From: Tubiluchus corallicola
Lineage: Eukaryota > Animalia > Priapulida
NCBI GenBank assembly: GCA_030141605.1
Contig: JAQGDQ010000259.1
Span: 257,359-321,358 of the forward strand
DNA length: 64,000 nt
Reading direction: 5' to 3'
The position numbers were made by a program, and so were the translations under genes. The notes under the pieces are model-generated. The model had not been told where the DNA came from and searched no databases. It saw only the letters and a program-made list of their open reading frames with translations. This document shows, one piece after another, positions 39,201 through 51,200 of the stretch (the stretch's first letter is position 1; the number at the start of each line of letters is the position of its first letter).

Positions 39201-42200
39201 TAGTACATTCATTCATTTTCCAAAGTCTGCTTTAAAGAACACACTATTGAAAAACACACACAAAATTACAAATCATTAGCAGCATTAGAAAACAAAGAGC
39301 AATGTAGAATCTTAAATTATTACTACTGCAAGCTATTAAGCTATTGCTAGGGGTTCCTGATTTTACTATTTTTGCCCACGAGTGTGAATTTATCGTACAG
39401 ACACACAGTAGTAAAAAATTGACACTACTATAATAATAATGAGAATATTAATGTAAACTAAAAAATGTCAGAGTTAGCAAAGGCAAAACTAGGCAATACT
39501 AATTTATCACATTTTAATTTTACGCATTACAACAACATTGTTTTAATACGTAGTTTATACTTGACTTTGATGTTAAAATAACTTTTGTGTTTTATCATTA
39601 TGGTTTACATAACTTTTAACTTTTAACAGAAGTACAAGAAGACTATAATCACATAATCACATAATTACACACACTCCAGCAGTATGTATACTTCTATCAA
39701 ACATATTACTGGCAATTCCTTAGAATAATAATAGTCATTATGACTATTATAAGGGAACACTCTTGTTATTACTATTTTTATTAATAATCTTTCACAATTC
39801 TGTACTTTTTCATCAGCATACAATCAAGTCAAGCAAAATAAGTGGCAAGGTTAGGGTCAAGAACATTTGAAGAATGTGAACAATAGTGTGAAGTGGCAGC
39901 TGAGCTGAAGTCCCAGTGGAGGTGTAAAACATTTTCGAACTTTCTAATTTGGTACAGCAAGTTCTCATTTAATGGTGCCCGTGCTTAGTGACATTTCGTT
40001 TTAACGACGCTATTTTTGACACTTTTCCACTTAACACTGAATGTTTCGTTTTTATGATGATTTTTCTCTTGCAACATAATTTGAATACTTATACATAGCT
40101 AGCCATTATTGATTTTTGCTGCTGGAACACAACTGAATGTTTCTACATTGTTTCTTGTGGAAAGCATTGTTTCATTTAGCCATGTTTGGTTTAAGGAAGC
40201 GTTTTCCTGGAATGCATTAGAAACATTAAACGTGGACTTACTGTATTGCTTTTGTGCATTTATATGACAGAAGACCACACTTATTCACACACAAATTGCA
40301 CAAATTAAAATTCATTGACCTAGCTTTTTCTTTCATGCTATCTAAACTCACATAAAATATAGTAAAGTTGAAAATCCAACAAAATTCTGCTCTCCCAGAT
40401 TACCTGCACTTTGTCAAACTATATATGTTGACAATTACACCAAGAAAAAATACTCATAAATTTGCCATACATATAAACTATTGTACATCTACTAAAGCTG
40501 ATAATACTAAAAGGATACACCATTGAAGTGCATGCTTTCATAGCCAGCTCTCTTGTTTCAGTTGTCAAATGCTTAGTGCTCTCATTTTTGACAAAAGCCT
40601 ATTATAGTAAAATAAGTTACAACAAAACATATCAGTTTTCAAAGTGAATTTTTAGAAACTCTAAGTGTAATGCTATTTTATTAAAAAAAGTTAATAAATG
40701 AATCAATTCAGAAATGTCAAACCAACAAATGTAATTTCTTATAATAACTGCACATTCTTTAAGAAGTTACGTCTTTCCCTCAAACTAGTCAGAGAACAGA
40801 CAGACAGACAGACAAACTCAATTACCATATGAGGCTAGAAAGGAATTAAATGTTTCTATGATTTTAACTGCAGGATCTAAATATAACGTAATATCATTTA
40901 ATATGACTAATTGGAAATCAATCGTCACTATACACATTACATTTTTAATAAACAAAGTGAAATGTTTAGAAATAAGTACAGATGAACTGAAACCTTTGTT
41001 AATTCTTTTGTTCAATTAGACGAAAATCTGCAAAGGATTACTGTGCTACCACCTTCAAAGCTTTTCCACTAATGTAGACATTTCTAATATCAGAAGCTTT
41101 TAAAGTTAAAGGTTAACCGTTAATTGTTATATTGAGCTCATGAAGGTGTCCAGGCTTTTGATCTGTCGAGTTGAGAAACTCCAGTCGAAAGAGCTTCGAG
41201 AACTCATCCAATGGCAAGTCGGGCATCTTGCAATGAGATTCTTACAGTTCATGAGTTGTGAGAAAGGGCTGCATATTGTTGAAAAACTGTATTATTACTA
41301 CTGAGAGAACAGTGTGATCCATATGGCGCTCTGAATTTCCGCTGAAGTTCAGTTGGTGATTGAATAAAAGTCTGCCTACTAAGACTCTACATCTTATTTC
41401 TATGTTACTGTCGTCACCATAGCAATGGAGTTCCAGTCAAAAGAGCAAAGGAAAAAATTTGATAAAACTAATAATCCGGTTCATGTAAGAGCTTGCTGAG
41501 AATGGGTAAAACTCAAGCAGAAATTGAAAAGTCAAAGTGTATAGTGCCATATAACTTTTAAAACACCCATACATAACTGAAATGATACCATTATGTTGTT
41601 GATTAAGTTCCATCGTTGTGGCATTTCATAGGAAAATTTGAGATGATCAGGATGAAGAGCTTTGCCTAGCAATTCCACTGACTGCATTAAGCTCATCTTT
41701 GCGTGCTCCTACGTAAAATGCTCTGTTCAGTATGCAAGTTTGCATTCTTTATAATTTCAGTAACAAAAGTAATTGTAATAATCACAAAATTATTATATAA
41801 GTACTTATAAGAATAGTAACAGAAATGATAATTTGTTACAAATTACAAGTAGAAGAAAAGCAAAAAATTACTATGTACCCACTTGTTTACAAAAAGTAAT
41901 TACCTTTGCATGTTGAAAGTGTGGAACGATTCCACGCAAAATGTGGGTATCTAAATATGAGGTAAGCTGGTCTGGTTGAGCATAGAACGCAATGTATCCA
42001 TAACACAGAATCACAGTAGCTTTATTCCGGTCAGAATCCGGAACATCAGACGTATCTATTTTATCCTGATTAAGAAATACTTTAAAGAAATTTTTAAATA
42101 TGGGTAAAATTTCAAAAAAGGCTATAGTGAACACTTTAGCATTAACTAGTATTTTATTATAAACAGTAAATGTTTTCAGATTTTAAGGTTTTTACATTTA

Positions 42201-45200
42201 TTAAAGATTACTAAAAGCATGTAAATGTTTATATAACATTTACTAAACTAAACTGTCACATAGACTTAAAAAAATTTAGCTTGAAATACAACTTCTGAAT
42301 GCCATAAATGAATTAATACTGCTATATTAATTAGCAGCCTTAATTTGCTGTGAAACGTTACAACTCACAAAGGGATAAGTGTGTTGCTGCATGCTGCCCT
42401 CAACATAAATTATCCTCATTATCTATTACGGGCAGTCATATGCAAACTAAAAAAAAATCTGCAGCATTTATAAAATTCACCAAAAAACTGCATTTAAATG
42501 TGTAAAAGCAACAGATCTACCAGATTTTATAATGCACCAATCACAGCAAAATACTGTCTGCTTTTTGAATAGTTAATAAAGTACCTTTATGAAACCCAGT
42601 AATCCGCTTGATCGTTTCTGAGCAGAGTCACCTTGACTCAGATGATACAGACGAGATAATACAGTATCCAAATGTGTCGAGCCACCATAACCAAACGCTA
42701 TTGCACAGCCCTAAAAACATTTAAAACACAAAGAACTACAAACTAGCAAAAGCATTTGAGCAGAATTGAGATCAAACATAAAATATTATAATTTAATAAT
42801 AATAATGTGCGGCCTGAGCCAGACCAAGATCTGTTGGGGCCCCTAGGCTAATGAAATCATGGGACCCCTCAAACGGAGCCACCCTCTAACTCCCCCACAC
42901 CCGCCCTGGATATTTTTTCTGATGACATGTTTTAGCGACATCTTGAAGTAAACTTATTGCAAATTCTTTAAATAAATTAGAATAGCTATATTTTGTTTAT
43001 CAGCAAAAACATTATTTAAGATACACTAATTACAAATATTTTACTGTTTACTGCAAACCAAATTAGCATATATTGCAACATGACTGTAGTGAAAAAACTT
43101 TTTTTTTACCAAATGTTACCAAAGTTTGAGGGTCCCTAGTCGTACTAACCTACAGGATAATCCTGTCTTGTGTGAGACCACTTTACATGAGCTACTGCCT
43201 TATTTACTGTCGTTCATATATTTAAAATTTAAACACTCTCCATGAAATCTAAATAGGTCTAAAAGATACACATTTGTTAGAATATACTTACCTCCCTTTC
43301 AACGATGCTTAAGTGTTTCGTATTTACAAACAGTGTGTCCAACATATTGGTGATGAAAGATTTCTGTGAAGTTCTTCTTAATATGATGCCTATTGCCTTG
43401 CAGAGAAATTTCTAAAACAAAAATTAAAAAATTACAGAAAATAAGTTTTGATTTTTGCAAAGTATTATTACCATTTTTCTACATTAAAAAAAACTGTCCC
43501 AAAATACAAGAAGACGGTAAAAAAGCATGAGAAGTCTAAAAAATACACTACATCTTAATTGTACTAAGTGATGAATTTTACACAGACCTTTTCGTTTGGC
43601 AGGTCACTGTAAAGACCCAGGTGACTAGACATTGTTTTGCCTAGTTCAATTGTCCAATTCTCACTGTCAACATCTTCCAGTGTCTTGCAGAGAAACTGAA
43701 GAAAACCAGCAATTATGGACAAAAAATAAATGTTCAGAGACCATCGTATCCTATAATGCAGTTACAGTGTTGTTACAAATAAATGTGACTTCAAAAAATA
43801 TTTGGAATATGCAAAGTAAATAGTGTCACAACACAGAAGCACTTTATTTGCAATATACAATACCGCAGCACTACTTTGCAATTTATATATAAGCAATACA
43901 TTGCATCTCTGAATAATCAATTTAACAGTAACGTCAACACTGGAATGTTAAGTGTTTCATGGAATTAAAAGAAAACGTACCTTCAGGATCAGTTCTTCCC
44001 ATGATTTTTGGCACCAGGCTTCCTCATCCTTTTCTACTGCTTCTGAAGAATATGCAAAAAAGCTATTCTAAGAAGTAGGAAAAAACATTCAAATAAAACC
44101 AATAAGATTAGCTAATGATAATATCTGCACACTTGTTTTAACAAGAATAAAACATTAAGTGTTACATGAACAATGTCACTGACATTATTCAATAAGTTAA
44201 CACTAGAAGGATCGGAAAAGTTTACTACCTAGAAGGACTGGCAAGCGTCAATTGATGCAATTTCATTTCTATAAAAAATTAAACTAATAGTTATGCATCA
44301 GATATTAACGAAATTCAATGATACATCAGAAAATTAATTGAATCCATATAAAACTGAAGCAATTCATACAGTACAAGTATAACGACTCTTGGCAGATTTC
44401 AGAGAACTTCGAGAACATGCATTGAGTTAAGCCATGTGTTGACCACCCTGAGAACTGACAGTCAAGAAATTTCAGTTTTACATTTCACATTTACTATTAT
44501 GATGTAAGTACAAGTACATTTAGATGATTTGCAACGTACAATACGTATTGACATATTGTCCTTCTAGGTAGCCTATTTTTAACATGGTTAAAGTAATATT
44601 TCAGTCCTGAAATTCTGTGCAATAGTAGTTAGCACTAAAATAGGTAAAGTAGTAAAAAAGCAGGAATGTATCTTCCAGAGTTTCCAGAGATATATACAAA
44701 ATAAAAAAAATGGTGTCGATTCATATGCCCAGTCCCTTTAATGATAAACAACGAATCTGCATTATGCTACCTTCTAGATATTGAATAAGCTTGGGTATGA
44801 CTGTGTCCCACAGGGCCACTAAGTTTTTATTCAAGTTTGGTGATAATCCTTTCATTAGTCGTAAGATGTGAAGTCCATGATCTTTTGTCAACCAGGGATT
44901 AGATGAAGATACCTAACAAGAAACCAGTCATTAAACTTGACAACATAACTAATTCAAAGTTTAACACGACATATTGAGGCCAGCCATAAAAAAATATTTC
45001 CCTCTTACCTCACAAACTCAAAGGGATAAATTTTTAAAATTTTGTGACTGTTTAAAGCTGATTCTTGGAATATTTAAAATGAGTTTAAATCAAAGTTTCT
45101 TTATTTTCCACTGGTTAGCAATAATGTTTCAAATTTTTTTAACACGCTTTGTTTTTTAGTTTTTTGTTTCACATTACTAAATTATCGTACAATTATCGAT

Positions 45201-48200
45201 TGTTGTATAGTTTCTTTTTTGTATGGTATGAATGTATATTCTGACAATTCTGATATGGTATAAGCAGCAACACTACTCGGCCATTAATACACTGATTTGA
45301 CAGAAAATATGATACTTTTTAAACTCCAATACAATAATCGGCATCATACAAAACAACAATACTGGCCGAGAATCAGCCATAGAAAAACATGGCTGTCTTG
45401 CCAAAACAACGATGTTATAATAATTATTGTGTTTTGCGGTTTAAATTAAAAATACGCTTTTATATTATATGACTGCGTTAGGTAAGTATATAAAAATAAC
45501 GAATCAATATATTTATAGATGGCTTATAGCAAATGTTTCAACATTACATCTCCATCTGGGCAAAACAGAAATTCAGTTGACTATTCTAAAATATGATAGA
45601 AATAAAAACACACAAAGCCAATACTATAACACAAGAAATAAGATGGAAATCGGAGCAAGAATAATTAACACTAACTAACCAAATAAAGCACGTATAATTT
45701 TCTTAGAATAAAAACTTTAAACCGTTTTAAACGAATAATAAATATTATAAAATTCAAGAATGGAATATAAAATTAAACATTTTTCATATAGCCTAAGGAA
45801 GCAAAATTGTCAAAGTTATTAAAACTAACGTGCAATATAAAAAATTATGTTTCTATAAAATACATGATCATTCTTATTCAGTACAAAAGGGTGATCATAT
45901 TTTGGGTACTAATCTAAAATAATAACTTTGCTTTTTCTTTTACTTTCTTCTCCCAATGTCTACAAATGCCTATAATAGATGTATCGAGCATATGATGATG
46001 ATATTTTCATACTTCTACATTTTGCCTACATTTATGTATTTTGTTACAATGAATATATAAAAAATAGAGTGATTAATTAAATGAAATAAAAAATTATTTA
46101 AAAAATAAAATGGGAAAAACAATTTTTCAAAAATAGAGTAAAAGAACGTAAGCAGCAAAAAGTAAGAAATAGTCAAATAATAATGATAAAACTCACCAGC
46201 AACCTAGATATTAATGCATGTGGCTTTGGTACATTCACTGAAAAACAAAATATAAAATAAAGACAACGATCATATGATACATTAATGTTCTTTTAATACG
46301 TTTCACGACTAAACCTTTAACAGTGACAAATTATGGACCCCTTACAAACTCTCTGTCACTTCTCAAAGTGTCTACAATTTCGTAAGTCACAGGTATAAGA
46401 CAATAATCCAAAAGAATACCACTTTTGTCAAAGTCTATTTCAAAATCTTCAGCGTTTTCCGAGCGTTTCTTGTTAACGAGGTGATCCAAACATTTACATA
46501 CGACCGGCAGCGCGGGCGTGAATTCATCAGCTACTATGTACTCCAGGAGTAATGGCCATAATACCTGCATAGAAAAAGAGAAAGATAACTACAAATGAAT
46601 GAGTGATTTTATCAGTCGCACAAGTTTGCAGAAAGCGTCTATATAATAAAACACAAAAATGAAAGCAAACAATTAGCTGAAAAGCGTAAATGAGTGACAA
46701 CTTACCAATTCCATATTATCAACAGTTGTAGCAAGTGACTGTAAGATATTACTACACACAGAACGCAGAGAATCGGTGGATACATATTCCGGATCAGTAT
46801 GCGCCTTCTGCTAAAACGCAACACCACAGTCATGATCACACTGCAACACTTTTGCAATACGCTATATTTTTGCAATTTATGTATAGTAACGTTTAACAGG
46901 AATAACTTTATTAATATAATTTTCTTTCGAAAACACTTTACATAAGTATTTCATAAAAAATGTTATCAGTTAAGATTATTTACACGTTTAGTAATAAAAA
47001 AGTGTGACAATAGAAAAAAGAATAATGGACCTAATTAATAAGCCAGTTGTTACTATTATTATTTCATTATTACATAAAATTTATATAGTGCCCAAATATA
47101 TAAAAACACTCAGTTGCACTTTACAACAAAAGATTTTACAAAGCCTAAAGTAAATCATAAAACTATATGCACCACTAAGAAAAGCCCTAAAAATGTAAGT
47201 TAAAAAAATCAATATAAAATCTAGTTATCTCAATGCAGGGAAAATTAAAATCCAATTCTATTCCCATACACTAATTTAAAAAGATGTGTCTTAAACAATT
47301 TTTTAAATGTAATTATATTATCGCAGTTTTTAATATTCAGTGGAAGTATTAATATTGAATATTCAGTCCTAGGTCAACAAGTAGATTTTTATTGCTAGAT
47401 CTTAAGTTTCTGGATGGCGTGTAAATGCTAATCAGTTCTGCAAGATAGCAAGGGGCAAGGGACCTTGTAAACATTTAAATACCAGCACAGCAATTTTGAA
47501 TTTGATTCTTGATTGCATAAAAAGCCAAGGTAGGGCCCGTAATGTTGGAGCTATGTGATCATACTTGCACAAATACATGATCACTCTAGCTGCAATTCTG
47601 ATTTTTTTGTAGTTTGTTTATAGAATCTTTTGAAACATTAAACAGTAAACATTAAACAGTAGTCCAGAGTCGAGCTTATAAAGGAATGAATCAGAGATAT
47701 GGTAGAATTCCTGTCTAGGTGCTTGCAAATCTGCCTATTTCTTGTTAATAAGCTTTTTTACAAACATTATTGATGTTAAAACCCATTGACGTATTCTCAT
47801 CAAAGATAACCCCTAAATTACATACTTGGTGTGTGCAGGTACTATTTCAAAATTCCCAATTTGTACTTTAACATCGGAAAGTTTTTTTAGCTGTTGCATA
47901 GTACCAATCACGATAATTTCTGTTTTCTTATCATTGATTTTTAAACGATGAGCAAGCATCCATGCTCAAACATCATAGACGCACTGCTGCATAGCTTTAA
48001 TAGCATTATTCTGAGTTGAGGGCCTAAAAGCCAAATAAAGTTGATGATCATCAGCAAAACCGCCAACCATAGGAAGATGTTTTTCAATAACATCATACAG
48101 AAAACTGAAATAACCTAAAAATGTGACTGGCCCCGTGCAGCTTCCCTGAGGCACTCCATATTTTAAGGTAAATGATACTGATAAAACATTGTTAATTGAT

Positions 48201-51200
48201 ATCTACTGTTTTCAGTTGGTAAGGTAGGTCTGGAACCAGCTCATCAAGTTTCCAGTAATATTAAACCTCTACATTTTTATAAGTTAAAATATCAAAATCA
48301 ACAGTACCCAAGGCTGCACTCAGGTCTAACAGCATTAGCAATGTTATATGTTGTCTGTCCATGTTGTTCATTATATCAGAATGAATTTCAACTATTAATG
48401 GTTCAGTGTTGTGATATTTTTTATATGCTGAATTTGGTATAGAATACAGGTCATTGCGCTCAAGATGTTCTACATACTGGTTTAAAGCTGCTGACTCTAT
48501 CACTTTTGAAAGAAAATGCAGATTGCTAATTGGTCTGCAGTTCTTATAGACCAACTCATGTTCCTTTTTCTTCAAAAGTGGTCTGATTACAGTGCATTTC
48601 CAAGTTTCTGGAAATGGACTTGTTGTCAATGATTCATTAATAAGATTTGTAATTGGTGCTATTAAATAATCAATACAGCCTTTAAGCAGTGTAGTTGTAT
48701 TGGATCTTATAAACAAGATTTCGAGCTAGACTTCATTATGATGGCTTTAACCTGAGATAACTTTTGAAACTGGTAAAAATTTTCAGTAATATGTTGCATT
48801 GAACATTCACTTTCAAAACATCAGTCATCCCTTCTGTTCTAACTGTGTCATCAATTTCAGATATAAAGGTGTCAATTTTGTCAATAAAGTATTGCCCAAA
48901 TTCTACCCCCAAGCTTTGTTCATCGTCGTTATCAGGGAAAAGGATGTTATTTTCTCCTTGGATTAGCTTTGAGATTAGACGATACAGCTTCTTTTGATCA
49001 CGGCCACAATATTGCATTTGTTCTGAATAACAATGCTGCTTAGCTTCGATGCACCACTCACAGACATAAAGCATTTTCTCTTAAAGTCAGCCAAACTTTC
49101 AGCATCTTCACTTTTCTGCCAGCTGTTCCCAGCTCTTCTTCACTGTTTTTTCCACAATTTCAGGTTATCGTTGTATCACATCAATGTTGCTTTAGGAATT
49201 ATAACGTTCTGGATTTTTGTTGTGTGCAAGTCCAGAATACCTTTTTAAAGTATCGTCATATAATACGGCTAGCTCATTAGTGGATAAATTTTCACTGTCA
49301 GAATTATTTAAGCGGCTATTTCGAATGTCTTTCTTGAAATCTTCCATATTTATGCCTTTAATTTTCCTAAATATAATCTCTTTTATTTCAGCCTCAGATT
49401 TTTGCCAATGTAGTTAGTTATACCAATTATATCAAATCAGTTATACCAATAAGAACCAAGCAATTTTGATAAAATATACAAGCAGTACACTCTTCGTAAA
49501 AATTAACAAGTAACAACGTAATCTAGAAATGACTGCAGCTAAGCATTTGATGCAATCTCTACTCATATTAAAAGTACCTGTTGGATTCCATTCAAAACCT
49601 TTTCCTCGCTGATCTCTTTGAAAAAATATTATATCCATTTTCTAACTGGTAACTACTACAGTTCAATGATCAACATATATCGTAAATTAAAACTCATTGC
49701 TGACTTAACAGTAAACATAGCTTGGGGTACCACAAAACTAACAATCTTATGACTACTTTGTTTACAATTAACATAGTACATTATATTATAAAACGCTTGA
49801 CAAACTGTTGACTGGGATGTACAATATTAGCAATATAAAGTAATATATATATTTATAAATTAAATCGTCAGACTATGCATTAATATGTACCTTTTCAGCT
49901 GTTTGAGATGGCTGGGAACACTGTCTGATCATAAATTCAACCATTTGATCCCCTCCTTGTTCTCTAAGATAATCGTGGTGAGCCAGGGCCACTATCACTT
50001 GAATAAACATTTTCTTTACCTAAACAATGCCATTAAAATATACAAAATTTAGCAGCCGAAATGCTAACTTCAACTAAATATAATTAACTAGTCTACTAGT
50101 TTATTATTTTTACATGTGTCATTGAAATACAGAAAGTTAAGCAGCTGAAAAGCTAACTTAAATGAAATAAAATTAACCAGTCTGGTAGTTTATTATTTTT
50201 ATGTGTGTCATTGAAATACAGAAAATTTAGTAGCCAAAAAGCCAACTTAAACTACACAAAATTAAACAGTTTGATAGTTTATTAATTTCATGTGGTCAGT
50301 CAAATAAACTGGAAATTTTGCCACCTGAAACAGAAGCTTGGTAATTTGTAAAACTGTTGCCAAAAGTTAAGTATAGCAATAATTCAAAACATACTGATAA
50401 CTACCTTATTATTGGATTCTGTCATTGCCATTTTTAAACCAGACAAAACTACCGATTTTCTTTGGCCAATTTTGCTGTCTGTAAAACAAAGACAGGTAGA
50501 ATAAATATACATTTTGATGGCAACAATACATGCTATAAATAGCACATTTTCTGTCAATCAAAAAAATTAATATTAAATGGGTAAGCGAGTGAGTGTATGG
50601 ATAAGAAAACAATTACTGTAATTGGTGGTCAAAAGAAAGGTTTATAACTGGCTGCTGAAAAGGTTAGTGGGGGCATAATGTGTAAGTTAATGAGCAAGTT
50701 AACATGTGCGGGACAGTTATTCTGCAGAACACAGCAAATCTGATTATTTTTTAAGAAAAATTACTGCCATGTTACATCTAGCATCTTGCTATCATTTTCA
50801 TTTGAAAGCATTTCTTATACAATTAGAAGATTAATTCTCATATCTGTAACATTAAATTTATGATTATGCTGATGATACAGCTTAATCAATTTGACAATGC
50901 AAACTTTGCAGAAATGATAAGTAATTTATGTAGCCATTCACTTAAAAATTGATAAGAAAATGTAAATTTCAAAAAATGTACAAACTATGAAAATGATAAA
51001 AAAAACTAATAGTCTATATATCAAGTGTGTTGCGAACCTGCTGCGTTAATGAGGTGGCGAAAGACACGTAATGCACCTATTCGAGCCTTCTCGTTATTGA
51101 CTTCCAACTTCTGTATAAGGTACGATAATACCTTATCACATGATGCTCTTGCTGTAACGAAATTTTCACTTTAATGTAAGTTACATTAAACTGAGCAGAG

